From Smithellaceae bacterium (lineage in GTDB: Bacteria; Desulfobacterota; Syntrophia; Syntrophales; Smithellaceae), in the NCBI GenBank assembly GCA_963667845.2, contig CAXXVL010000002.1:1472001-1536000 (forward strand): DNA of 64,000 bases. Direction: 5' to 3'. Both the position numbers and the translations under genes were made by a program. The notes under the pieces are model-generated. The model did not search any database, was not told the DNA's origin, and worked only from the letters and a program-made list of their open reading frames with translations. This document shows positions 19,114 through 28,919 of the stretch, piece after piece; position 1 is the stretch's first letter, and each line of letters opens with the position of its first letter.

Positions 19114-20829
19114 ATGTACGAGCAGAAACCGTGGTTGAAGTTTTATCAGCATGTACCTGAGAGCATCGATTATCCCCGTGTCACCATGTATGAAGCGCTG
19201 GCACAAACCGCAAAACAGAATCCCGATTCAATCGCTTTCGACTTCCTCGGCACCACCTCGACCTACCGCCAGTTTATGGCCGAGATTGACCAATGCGCTA
19301 ATGCCCTTGCCGCACTCGGTCTGCAAAAAGGGGAACGCATCACGATCTCGATGCCGACCTCGCCGCAGGGGATCATCTGCTTTTATGCCGCGAACAAACT
19401 GGGCGCCGTCTCCTCAATGATCCATCCGCTCTCCACGGCGAAGGAAATAGAATTCTATCTCAATGTGGCCAAAAGCCGCTTTGCCCTGACGCTCGATGCC
19501 TTTTACGCCAAATTCAAAGAAGTTCAAAAGACGACGCCGCTCACCACGCTTATCCTCGCGCGGATCCCCGATTACCTGGGTTTCGTGAAGAAGATCGGTT
19601 TCAACCTGACCAAAGGCCGGCTGATACCGAAGGTGCCCGAAGACCCGCTGGTCAGATGGTGGGCCGATCTGATGCATGCCAATTATCCGGTTGCGCCGCA
19701 GGCGCCAATGGATACGGACGAGCTCGCCGTGATTCTTTACAGCGGCGGGACCACGGGCGTGCCCAAGGGGATCATGCTCTCCAACATGAATTTCATCTCC
19801 GAGGGGATGCAGGTCTCTCAGTGGGGGAAGCTCTCGGGCGCGGATTCCATCCTGGCCATTCTGCCGATCTTCCACGGCTTCGGCCTGGGGGTTTGCATCA
19901 ATGCCTGTTTCATGGGCGGCGGAAAAAGCATTCTGGTGCCGACGTTTACGCCGGAGACGGTGGCCGATCTGATCCGTTCGCGAAAACCCTCGTTTGTCAT
20001 CGGCGTGCCTACCCTCTACGATGCGTTGTCGCGCAATCCCAAGATGCAGAAGGCCGACCTCAGTTGCCTGCGGGCGACCTTCTCGGGCGCCGATACGCTG
20101 CCGCGGCCGGTTAAAGAACGGTTTGAGGGGATGGTCAAACAACAGGGCGGCAATGTCCAGCTTCTGGAAGGCTATGGATTGACCGAGGCGGTCACCGCGA
20201 TTATGGCGACGCCGCTCGGGAGCTACCGTGAAGGCAGTGTCGGTGTGCCGTTCCCTGATATGCTGGCCAAGATTGTGAAATCCGGGACCACCGACGAAGC
20301 CGCCGTCGGCGAGGAAGGCGAAATCTGCGTCGCCGGCCCTGCCGTTATGATGGGCTATCTTGACCAGCCCGGGGAAACCGCCGATACGCTGAGAAAGCAT
20401 GCGGACGGCCGGACTTGGCTTCACACCGGCGACATCGGCAGCATGGATACCGACGGATTCTTTTACTTTAAACTGCGGCTGAAGCGGATGATCAAGTCCT
20501 CCGGCATGAACGTCTATCCCGCCCAGGTGGAAGAAATTCTCTACAAGCATCCGAAAGTGAAGGATGCCTGCGTGATCGGCGTTCCCGATGAAGCGCAGGT
20601 TCAGACCGTGAAAGCGTTTGTCGTCCTGAAGAACCCAGGCGAAGCGAGCACCGAAACGGAAAAGGAACTGATCAACTACTGCCGTGACCAGTTGATCAAG
20701 TGGAGCTGCCCCCGTTCCATCGAGTTCCGGGAAGACCTCCCCAAAACCCTCGTCGGGAAGATCGCTTACAACGCACTGGAAAAAGATGAGATCGCGAAGC
20801 TGAAGGCCGAAGGGAAGTTCGCGGGGTGA
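19114..20829 (+). CDS. Long-chain fatty acid-CoA ligase
   Basis: YSGGTTGVPKG, GYGLTE, LHTGD, PKTLVGK; AAGGAGG RBS. Confidence 0.92.
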   Translation: MYEQKPWLKFYQHVPESIDYPRVTMYEALAQTAKQNPDSIAFDFLGTTSTYRQFMAEIDQCANALAALGLQKGERITISMPTSPQGIICFYAANKLGAVSSMIHPLSTAKEIEFYLNVAKSRFALTLDAFYAKFKEVQKTTPLTTLILARIPDYLGFVKKIGFNLTKGRLIPKVPEDPLVRWWADLMHANYPVAPQAPMDTDELAVILYSGGTTGVPKGIMLSNMNFISEGMQVSQWGKLSGADSILAILPIFHGFGLGVCINACFMGGGKSILVPTFTPETVADLIRSRKPSFVIGVPTLYDALSRNPKMQKADLSCLRATFSGADTLPRPVKERFEGMVKQQGGNVQLLEGYGLTEAVTAIMATPLGSYREGSVGVPFPDMLAKIVKSGTTDEAAVGEEGEICVAGPAVMMGYLDQPGETADTLRKHADGRTWLHTGDIGSMDTDGFFYFKLRLKRMIKSSGMNVYPAQVEEILYKHPKVKDACVIGVPDEAQVQTVKAFVVLKNPGEASTETEKELINYCRDQLIKWSCPRSIEFREDLPKTLVGKIAYNALEKDEIAKLKAEGKFAG

Positions 20830-20854
20830 CGGAAAAGCATATTAGACTGTAGGC

Positions 20855-20906
20855 TGTATCCTTTTAGGATACATCGCAGGGAACAGTTCAAAACTGTTCC
20901 CTGCGA
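20855..20906. terminator. Two adjacent hairpins between convergent genes (terminator or REP-like)
   Basis: TGTATCCT-ttt-AGGATACA and 15-bp stem TCGCAGGGAACAGTT-caa-AACTGTTCCCTGCGA. Confidence 0.6.
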
Positions 20907-21029
20907 CGCCCGGTCTGACGATTTGATTTATCCCGCAGGCGGCACAGGGAATACTCTTCGCAGTGCAGCAGAAGGACTATCTCCCGCTCATTAAATCCAA
21001 ATGTCCATTCATTCGCTGCGCCGTTCGTC

Positions 21030-21329
21030 TCAGTTATTGGGGTTTCTTCTCATCGTGATGTGATTCACCGTTTTATAGCCGCGGATCATACCGTGAGCAC
21101 TTCCCTCCAATTCATCGTTCTTGAATACAAACTGAAATTTACGATTTTGCAGCTTAAATTCCAGTTTCGGGTCCGGATCGGAGGCAAGAGCCGCCGAGAC
21201 CTGATGTTCCTCGATTCCGGTATCTTTTCTGTTCACCGTGTACGTGCAGCGCGCCTTGGCCCCGGAGGCGTCAATTTCATGGATGATCAATATGCAAGTA
21301 TCTCCCTGAAGGCCCGACCACTCACCGCT
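21030..21329 (-). pseudogene. In-frame continuation of the FGE-family gene beyond a TAG
   Basis: ...HVLIGR-TAG-SGEWSGLQGDTCILIIHEID... stays open to 21030. Confidence 0.6.
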
Positions 21330-22178
21330 CTATCGACCGATCAGAACGTGCTGTTTCTCGCTTTTAGATTCCTCGGGCGGAGGAATGGACAGTGCCACAC
21401 GGAAACCGCAAAAACTCAAATGAAAGCGGGACGGATTCTTGATCCGGCGTGCGGATCTGGCCGCAGCTGCGTCAAAGGCCCACGAGCCGCCCCGCAAAAC
21501 GCGGAAGCTCCAGTAATCGGAGCCCTGAATCACGGGCCCCTGCGGATTTTGCTCCGGACTGGATTTGTAATAGTCGGATGCGTACCAGTCCATGCACCAT
21601 TCCCAGACGTTGCCGCTCATGTCATACAGCCCCCAGGCGTTGGGAAGCTTCGACCCCACCGGATGGAGTCGGCTGCCCGAGTTCTTATCGTACCAGCAAT
21701 AATCGCCGTTAAAACGATCGCCCCAGTGATAAGTTGTTGTACTGCCGGCGCGGGCGGCATACTCCCACTCCGCTTCATAAGGAAGCCGCGCTTTCACTTT
21801 ATTTTTCTCACTGAATTTCCTGCAGAATTCCATTGCGTCCTGCCAGCTGACGCTCTCCACCGGCAGATTGTCGCCCTTTAAGCGGCTTGGATTTTCACCC
21901 ATAACGTCACGGTACTGTTTCTGCGTCACTTCGTATATCCCCATATAGAACGGATCAAGCGTGACCCGGTGCCGGGGTTTTTCGTCGTCCTGTTGGGCGT
22001 TTTCAGGTGAACCCATCATGAAAGAGCCCCCCGGCAGTTTGACGAATTTGATTCCGCCGATCTGCTTTGTCTCCAGATGCGGCGTCTGCTCCTGTTTCTC
22101 TTGTCCAGAGGCCTGCCATGAAAGAAAAATACTCCCCGCCAGGATCACCGCCATTCTTAAAATGTCAACTTTTTTCAT
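21330..22178 (-). CDS. Secreted FGE-sulfatase (SUMF1-like) domain protein
   Basis: Signal peptide; GSFMMGS, YEVTQ, RLPYEAEWEYA, NAWGLYDMSGNVWEW, RGGSW, GFRV. Confidence 0.9.
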   Translation of the reverse strand: MKKVDILRMAVILAGSIFLSWQASGQEKQEQTPHLETKQIGGIKFVKLPGGSFMMGSPENAQQDDEKPRHRVTLDPFYMGIYEVTQKQYRDVMGENPSRLKGDNLPVESVSWQDAMEFCRKFSEKNKVKARLPYEAEWEYAARAGSTTTYHWGDRFNGDYCWYDKNSGSRLHPVGSKLPNAWGLYDMSGNVWEWCMDWYASDYYKSSPEQNPQGPVIQGSDYWSFRVLRGGSWAFDAAAARSARRIKNPSRFHLSFCGFRVALSIPPPEESKSEKQHVLIGR

Positions 22179-22835
22179 TTTCCTCCTCCTTTCACGGTGG
22201 GCGTTGTATGCGGTTTTTTGCTTGATTCATAGCCATCTCTTTTCGGCTTTTGCTATGCCGGAGAATTGTATAGTCAGCATATCAGCCAAAACCTAGCCGA
22301 CATGAGGCCCCATGGACCAAACAAAATTCATGGGGCCGAACCTATCGGCAATTTTTGTAGCATCCCTTTCATGTCTTACTCCGATGATGCTGACAGTTTT
22401 CTGACCGATGACCGTCTGGAAATCAGCAGGAGAGGGTGCCTTGCGCTCTGATGAGAAAAGATTAGATGGCGAATAGACCGTTCAAATAAGTGAGGCAATA
22501 AATCATTGAGGTGCTCTTAGTTTATTACCAAATTGCTGATAAATCAAGATCGACATGAAACTTTGAGACAGGCCAAGTGCCGCGGTAACAGAAGGTGCAT
22601 TAATATATTGATTTTATTACCAACCATTCAATATCAACCCTTCCCGCAGAAATAGTATCCGACACGGGGAGAAAGCACCGCATTGAGTGGGCCTTTGTCC
22701 TTAACTTGTATGATGGTTTGTCTGACAAATTTATCCCGGACGTTGATAAAAAACTGTTGCTTAACTGACATAATTGCATTTAATACGGTCAGCACTGTAA
22801 CTCTATTCGTGGTTTGTTGCTGAAGCGGGAGCATC

Positions 22836-23726
22836 GTGAAAAAATTATTTTACAAAGTGGCGCTTTTTGGGTCGCACACCTTGGGGGTGTGGTTCTTCCG
22901 GACGTTTTCCTGGTGCATCGCGACAGGATATTTCTTTCTCTTTCCGGGGCGGGTATCGGACAGCCTGAAATTTTACCGGGCGCTGTTTCCCGCGCGCGGT
23001 CATGCCTATCATTTGTACTGCGTCTGGAAGCAGTTCCACAACTTCACCGACGTTTACATTCATCGTTTTATCCCCTGGGCGGCCGAGCAGGCTGTCATCA
23101 CGCGCGAAGGCTTCGAGCATCTGGACCGCGCCGTGGCCGACAAGACCGGTGCGATCATCGTCATGTCGCACATCGGCAACTGGGAGCTCGCGGCGCAGAA
23201 GCTGCACCAGAAAGGTTTGCCGATCATGCTCTACCTCGGTGCCAAGCATAAGGAGCAGGTCGAAAAGATCCAGAAAGAAAAACTTGCCGATGCGGGTATC
23301 AAAATTGTCGCCACCGATGAAAAGGAGAAATCACCTTTTGCACTTTTGGAAGGGATCAATTTTCTGCGCGACGGTGGCATCGTGTCCATGACCGGCGACC
23401 GGATTTGGGGCGACCAGACGTCCGTCACTGTCAACTTTCTGGGCCATGAAGCCCGTCTGCCGGATACACCCCACTTATTTGCTCTCATGACGGGCGCGCC
23501 GCTGATGACCTTCTTTGTCTATGAAGCAGCGCCGGGTCATTATCATATCACGGTGTCGGCGGGACGGAAGGTGGTGGCTGCAAAACGCGCCGACCGCCAG
23601 AAGGCGGTCCTCGGCTCGGTTCAGGCCTACGCCGATGATCTGGCCCGCTTCGCTGCGGCGCACCCTTTCGAGTGGCACCACTTCGAGCCGTTTCTTGGCG
23701 ATAAAATCAATAAAAACAATAATTAG
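22836..23726 (+). CDS. LpxL/HtrB-like lipid acyltransferase
   Basis: SHIGNWE (HX4E), GDR, VNFLG, HPFEW. Confidence 0.88.
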   Translation: MKKLFYKVALFGSHTLGVWFFRTFSWCIATGYFFLFPGRVSDSLKFYRALFPARGHAYHLYCVWKQFHNFTDVYIHRFIPWAAEQAVITREGFEHLDRAVADKTGAIIVMSHIGNWELAAQKLHQKGLPIMLYLGAKHKEQVEKIQKEKLADAGIKIVATDEKEKSPFALLEGINFLRDGGIVSMTGDRIWGDQTSVTVNFLGHEARLPDTPHLFALMTGAPLMTFFVYEAAPGHYHITVSAGRKVVAAKRADRQKAVLGSVQAYADDLARFAAAHPFEWHHFEPFLGDKINKNNN

Positions 23727-23783
23727 TCGCGGGTTCAGAATTTTCTTTGCGCTATGTTCATTTTAGTATAAGAAGCTAGAACC

Positions 23784-23886
23784 AATCAACCACCTCGCAA
23801 CAAGCTCGCGAGGTATGAAATGAATGTCATTGTTTCGCAGCAAGCGACAGGGAATTAACGCTCGTCCCCAAGTGAGCGGGACTAAA
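23784..23886 (+). repeat. ~103-bp dispersed repeat, copy 3
   Basis: Aligns with copies 1, 2 and 4. Confidence 0.9.
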
Positions 23887-23907
23887 TGCTAACGTCGGGA
23901 GTCGGCA

Positions 23908-24303
23908 GTGAAAGTCAACGAAGTGCCACAGGACATTACGTATTACAACGGTGAAAAACGAGCCTGCTACGCCCTCAATGACGAGGGCAAATACGTTATT
24001 GTGACGAGCACCGGATGGAATGACGAAGCCGTGGTCAACGGCCTTGCCGTTTCCGAACTGGCGGCGGCGCTTGAGGAAACCAGGAAGGCGGTGCTTGCCG
24101 GCACGAAAAGTCCGCTGTGTTATCACATGGAGCGGCGGCAGATGAACCCGGACATTCTCGGCAAGACGGCCGGGGTTGCGGCGTTTCGCGTCAAAAGGCA
24201 TTTCCGTCCGGAGGTATTCGTAAAACTCGGGCCGTCCATTCTGGCCCGGTATGCCAGGGCGCTGGCCGTGACGGTTCAGGAACTCAAAACCGTGCCGCAC
24301 TAA
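23908..24303 (+). CDS. Conserved hypothetical protein (possible HTH-like C-terminus)
   Basis: MKVNEVPQD...SPLCYHME...VKRHFRP; resembles the small gene preceding BtrH-like genes in flexirubin/resorcinol-type loci (from memory). Confidence 0.7.
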   Translation: MKVNEVPQDITYYNGEKRACYALNDEGKYVIVTSTGWNDEAVVNGLAVSELAAALEETRKAVLAGTKSPLCYHMERRQMNPDILGKTAGVAAFRVKRHFRPEVFVKLGPSILARYARALAVTVQELKTVPH

Positions 24304-24329
24304 TCCCCAGGGAAGGTAACCAATTATTA

Positions 24330-25364
24330 ATGACCACAGAGATCACAGCCACCGGCAGGCCTTTTATCCATCATCATTCCTCGCACTGCGAAAGCGGTGT
24401 TGTTTCCGCCTTGTTTCGTGATCAGGGCGTCGAACTTTCCGAAGCGATGGTTTTCGGTATCGGCAGCGGCATTTACTTCGGATATCTCCCGTTTATCAAG
24501 TGGGTCGGACTGCCGATCACGACCTATCGCGCCCGCCCCGGAGCGCTCATTTCGAAGGTCGCCGGCCGTTTGGGGGCGAAGTTTGTCACGAAAAGATACC
24601 GCAACGTGCAAAAGGGCATGGATGAAATGCGCCGCCTGCTCCGGGAAGGGCACGTCGTCGGGCTTACGACCAACATCTATTGGCTTTCGTATTTTCCCGA
24701 CCGATTCCGGTTTCAATTCAACGGACATAATATTGTCGTTCTGCGCGAAGTCGCGGGCGGGTTTCGCTTGAGCGATCCGATTCTCGAGCATCCGGTGGAC
24801 TGCCTGACCGAAGATCTCGAACGGGCGCGTTTTGCCCGGGGGCCGCTTGAGCCTAAAGGGTTCATGTATTACGCGGAGACTGTACCGGCCAATCCCGATC
24901 TGCGTCCGGCTTGTATTGAGGCGATAAAGGATTCCTGCAAGATGATGCTGAGAACGCCGTTTCCTTTTGTCGGCATTCGGGGCATCCGGTATCTGGCCAA
25001 AGCAACGATCGCCAGTGAGAAGAAACTCGGATTCAAAGATGCCTGCCGGCGGCTCGCCAATATCGTCCGCATGCAGGAGGAAGTCGGGACGGGCGGCGCC
25101 GGGTTTCGTTTCATGTATGCGGCTTTTCTGCAGGAGGCGGCTGAACTTTTCGGATCAAATGATCTCGCCGATCTTTCACGGGAGATGACGGCGATCGGCG
25201 ATGTCTGGCGGCAGTTTGCGGTCGTATCCGCGCGCATTATCAAAAAACGCGGGCAGGACGAAGAAACCTTCGCCAAGGCCGGCGGTTTGATGCTCATCTG
25301 TGCCGGGCGGGAGGAACAGCTTTTCAGGGACCTGGATAGTGTGGCAAGAAAGCTCAAGGCATGA
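24330..25364 (+). CDS. BtrH N-terminal/DUF4872 papain-like protein (putative ACP-dependent acyltransferase)
   Basis: HCESG, SEAMVFGIG, FNGH, QEEVGTGGAGFR. Confidence 0.8.
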   Translation: MTTEITATGRPFIHHHSSHCESGVVSALFRDQGVELSEAMVFGIGSGIYFGYLPFIKWVGLPITTYRARPGALISKVAGRLGAKFVTKRYRNVQKGMDEMRRLLREGHVVGLTTNIYWLSYFPDRFRFQFNGHNIVVLREVAGGFRLSDPILEHPVDCLTEDLERARFARGPLEPKGFMYYAETVPANPDLRPACIEAIKDSCKMMLRTPFPFVGIRGIRYLAKATIASEKKLGFKDACRRLANIVRMQEEVGTGGAGFRFMYAAFLQEAAELFGSNDLADLSREMTAIGDVWRQFAVVSARIIKKRGQDEETFAKAGGLMLICAGREEQLFRDLDSVARKLKA

Positions 25365-26080
25365 ACGCACTGGACATTTCCTCGATGACTTACCGGTATG
25401 AAGGAGCTCTCGCCCCGGCATTGAGTCATTTCTCCATGTCCGCAGGCGATGGTAAGATGTCGGCGCTGCTGGGGCCCAACGGGGCGGGCAAGTCGACTTT
25501 GATGCGGATCATTACCGGGCAGTTAAGGGGATATTCGGGGGAGATTTTCATCTACGGTGTTCGAATGCCGAACCGCGATGCGCTCATGTCCATCGGGTAT
25601 GCACCGCAGCCCATCTCGCTCTATACGGCTCTCACGGCCCGGGAAAACCTGCGCTTCTTCGGAGCGATGGCCGGGATGTCGGACGAACAGATTGCGAGGC
25701 GGTCCGAAATCGTGCTGGAACAGACGGGGCTTGTCGATTATGCCCTGGAACAGGTTTCCACGTATTCGGGCGGAATGCAGCGGCGCTTGAATCTGGCGGT
25801 GGCCCTCCTGCACTCTCCCAAGCTGCTCCTGCTCGACGAACCCACGGTCGGCGTCGATCCGCAAAGCCGCTACCACATTTACGAGACCCTGATGCGACTC
25901 AACGCTTCAGGCATGACGGTCTTATTGTGCACCCATATGATGGAAGAGGCCCAGCGCCTGTGTTCCTGCGTAACGCTGGTGGATAAGGGCGAAGCGATTT
26001 TCGACGGGCCGATGGCGGATGTCGGTGATCTGGAAAAATTCTTCCTGCAGAAGACGGGGCGGGGATTGCGCGATGAGTAA
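25361..26080 (+). CDS. ABC transporter ATP-binding protein
   Basis: GPNGAGKS, YSGGM, LLLLDEP, TH. Confidence 0.93.
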   Translation: MNALDISSMTYRYEGALAPALSHFSMSAGDGKMSALLGPNGAGKSTLMRIITGQLRGYSGEIFIYGVRMPNRDALMSIGYAPQPISLYTALTARENLRFFGAMAGMSDEQIARRSEIVLEQTGLVDYALEQVSTYSGGMQRRLNLAVALLHSPKLLLLDEPTVGVDPQSRYHIYETLMRLNASGMTVLLCTHMMEEAQRLCSCVTLVDKGEAIFDGPMADVGDLEKFFLQKTGRGLRDE

Positions 26081-26285
26081 ACAGGAACGGATTCTTCGGC
26101 GCATCACTTCGTCGGCTGCGCCGGGGCTTTGAATTCGGCAGCGCGTGCGTTTCGCGCAACCTGTTTCGAAACGGAGTACGACTGTTTGGGACTTCGTTTT
26201 CTGGGAATCGCTGATCTGCGGGATTGATGGAGAGATCATCCATAATCCGTTTTTGCGATAATGGTACGGTAAGGTAAAAATTATA

Positions 26286-27428
26286 TTGAACCCTGGTGAT
26301 GGCCATTTGATTTTTCGGCAATTAAAAGAACTGATTCGCAAGGAAATCCTGATTCTGATCCGCGACCGGCAGACGGTCATGCTGCTTTTCCTGATGCCGG
26401 TTGCGCTGATTTTCTTCCTGTCGCTCGCGCTGGAAGGCGTGTGGACAGATAAACTGACCGGCCGGAAGATTCAGATTGTCGTGAAGAACGAGAGCCATTC
26501 GGCCAAAGCCAATCTGCTTGAGGAAAAGATAAAGTCCAATAAACAGATTCAAGCCATTGATGGCCCGCCGGGCATGGACAAGGACAAGATTTTCCAAGAC
26601 GGCAAGACGCAGGCCGTCGTGACCATACCGCCCGGTTTTGAAGACGGAGAACGCCCCGTCGAGATTTATTTTGATCCCGCGATCGATGCCGGCTACAAAA
26701 TAGCGGCCCGTTCGCTGATGACCAGTTTGATTGTCGAGGTGGTTATGGGGATCGATAACCTGGATACCGTGATTGCGGGGCTGCTTGTCGAGAAGACGAA
26801 GCCGAACAGGGACTTGCCGACGCCTCTGCAACAGACAGTTCCGGCCTACGCGATATTTGCCATGTTCTTCATCGCCATTCCCATGTCGATCGGGTTTATC
26901 AAGGAAAAGGCGGACGGTACACTGCAAAGGCTTTTCAATTACCCGGTCAACGCCAATATCATTGCTGCCGGCAAAGTTGTTCCGTATTATTTAATTAATC
27001 TGATGCAATTCGGGCTCATGCTGCTGGTCGGCGTATTTTTAATGCCGCGCATTCTGGGAATGTCTTTGCAGCTTGGTGAAACCCCCTGGCATCTGATTCC
27101 CGTGACCCTGATCGTGGCTTTGTCTTCCACGGCGTTCGGGGTTCTGGTGGCGTCGCTGGCGCGCTCGCCGGAGCAGTCTTCAACGCTTGCAGCGACAGCT
27201 GCCATCCTGATGGCCGTTTTCGGCGGCATCATGGTGCCCCATGTCGTCATGCCGCTTTTCATGAAAAAATTGGCGATGATTTCGCCGATGTACTGGGCGC
27301 ATCAGGCCTATCTCGATGTGTTCCTGCGCGATGCACCGCTTGCCGTTATCGCCCCCAGATTAATTGTGTTGACAGTTTTTGCAGGAATCTGCTTTTATAT
27401 CGCCGGAAGGAGAGTTCAATGGATTTAG
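26286..27428 (+). CDS. ABC-2 type exporter permease
   Basis: LIRKE...RD, EKADGTLQRL, multiple TM helices, SPMYW; start uncertain. Confidence 0.88.
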   Translation: MNPGDGHLIFRQLKELIRKEILILIRDRQTVMLLFLMPVALIFFLSLALEGVWTDKLTGRKIQIVVKNESHSAKANLLEEKIKSNKQIQAIDGPPGMDKDKIFQDGKTQAVVTIPPGFEDGERPVEIYFDPAIDAGYKIAARSLMTSLIVEVVMGIDNLDTVIAGLLVEKTKPNRDLPTPLQQTVPAYAIFAMFFIAIPMSIGFIKEKADGTLQRLFNYPVNANIIAAGKVVPYYLINLMQFGLMLLVGVFLMPRILGMSLQLGETPWHLIPVTLIVALSSTAFGVLVASLARSPEQSSTLAATAAILMAVFGGIMVPHVVMPLFMKKLAMISPMYWAHQAYLDVFLRDAPLAVIAPRLIVLTVFAGICFYIAGRRVQWI

Positions 27429-27730
27429 AGAAGGCTTACCAGGAATTAAACGTGTCCTCACGGGAGGACCTCATCTTCAAACTCAAGGAACTGGTCATCC
27501 GCGCCTGCGACGTCAAAGACGTTCGTGCCGAGGATGTGCCGACCGATGTGCCGTTTATCGGAGGGCCGGGTCCGCTCAAACTGGACTCGCTCGATGCCAT
27601 GGAAATTGCAATGGAGCTCAGGTTCACGTTCGGCGTCGAGTTGAAAAACGCGTCCACGGCGGCCCAGGCGATGCAGTCTTTCGATTCGCTGGCCGATTTT
27701 GTCATCAACGCACCAAAGGTTAAAAAGTGA
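27419..27730 (+). CDS. Acyl carrier protein
   Basis: LDSLDAMEI phosphopantetheine-Ser motif, FGVEL; small acidic protein. Confidence 0.9.
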   Translation: MDLEKAYQELNVSSREDLIFKLKELVIRACDVKDVRAEDVPTDVPFIGGPGPLKLDSLDAMEIAMELRFTFGVELKNASTAAQAMQSFDSLADFVINAPKVKK

Positions 27731-28896
27731 CCGATCACGCCGTTCATATCCGCGGATGGGGCGCTGTTTCCACGCTGGGGTGGAGCGCTGCCGAGTCTGC
27801 ACGTAATCTCATCGCGGGTCATGTCCACGAGGCGGCCGTTTGTTCATCTTCGCATCTGACCACTCGCGACTTTAAGGCGTTTGAAATCGTTTATGACGGC
27901 AATCCGCTGGAAAAATCACTGGCCATGCTCGATGCTGCGATTTCCGAAGCCTTCAAACGGGCGCGGCTGACAAAAGAGGAAATCGCCGAAAGCTGCCTTC
28001 TGGTGGGCACAACCGGCGGACTGTTCATCCGCAATGAATTTGAGTTTACCGAGTCCGTGCGCCTGAATCCGGATAAGGAATCACCGCCTATTTCCTGCCG
28101 CAACCGGGGACCGGGTGAAGTGACGCAGCTCATCGCCGAAAAGTTCGGCATCGGCGGCCTGACGTTTACGTTGAGTATGGCCTGTGTGTCGAGTTCACAT
28201 GCACTGGTTGTTGCGGCGGGGCTGTTAAAGCAAAAGAAAATCCGCCGGGCAATTGTGGTCGGCTTTGAGCCACTTCTGAATATGACATTGCATGGATTTG
28301 CAAGCCTCCTGCTCTATGATTCCGAGCGCTGCCGGCCGTTTTGCAATACCCGATCCGGAATGCAGATCGGGGAAGGCGCCGCCTGTGTCATCCTGGAGGA
28401 CGGCCACGTTGAAACCGCGGGGGAAAATCGTTACACGCTTGCGGGCGGCTATCTTTTCAACGATAACACGTCCCTGACCTCTGCCGGGACGGATGGAGAA
28501 ATGGTGAAGACCGTTGTGCAGGAAGCCTTGCGGAGGGCGGAAATTGCCCCGGAGGCGATTGTGGCAGTCAAGGCGCATGGTACAGGGACCCGGGATAATG
28601 ATCTTTCCGAAGGGCGTGGCCTCGCGAAGGTTTTTGGTGATCACCTGCCGCCCGTGATTTCGTTAAAAGGAGCTGTCGGCCACGAACTCGGCGCAGCCGG
28701 CGCTGTGGAGACCGCGCTGTGGCTTTCCTGCCTGGAAGCAGGGAGTCTTCCGCAGAGTTTCGGCTTTACCGAAATAGATCCGGAGATCGGATTTGCGCCG
28801 TCGCAAATCAACCGTCCCGCGCCTGCCGGCGCTTATCTCTTTACCTTCTTTGGTTTCGGGGCGACGTGTACGAGTTATGTCATCAGGAAAATATAA
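27727..28896 (+). CDS. Second active beta-ketoacyl-ACP synthase
   Basis: MACVSS, KAHGTGT, GHELGAAG, FGFG. Confidence 0.9.
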   Translation: MTDHAVHIRGWGAVSTLGWSAAESARNLIAGHVHEAAVCSSSHLTTRDFKAFEIVYDGNPLEKSLAMLDAAISEAFKRARLTKEEIAESCLLVGTTGGLFIRNEFEFTESVRLNPDKESPPISCRNRGPGEVTQLIAEKFGIGGLTFTLSMACVSSSHALVVAAGLLKQKKIRRAIVVGFEPLLNMTLHGFASLLLYDSERCRPFCNTRSGMQIGEGAACVILEDGHVETAGENRYTLAGGYLFNDNTSLTSAGTDGEMVKTVVQEALRRAEIAPEAIVAVKAHGTGTRDNDLSEGRGLAKVFGDHLPPVISLKGAVGHELGAAGAVETALWLSCLEAGSLPQSFGFTEIDPEIGFAPSQINRPAPAGAYLFTFFGFGATCTSYVIRKI

Positions 28897-28919
28897 AGCT
28901 CGGGGAAATTTATTGCTGT

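Noticed and set aside
21330..21332. Genome-wide TAG reassignment
   Set aside because: RF1 with PVT is intact and several genes (e.g. ending 9986, 38854, 61115) terminate properly at TAG
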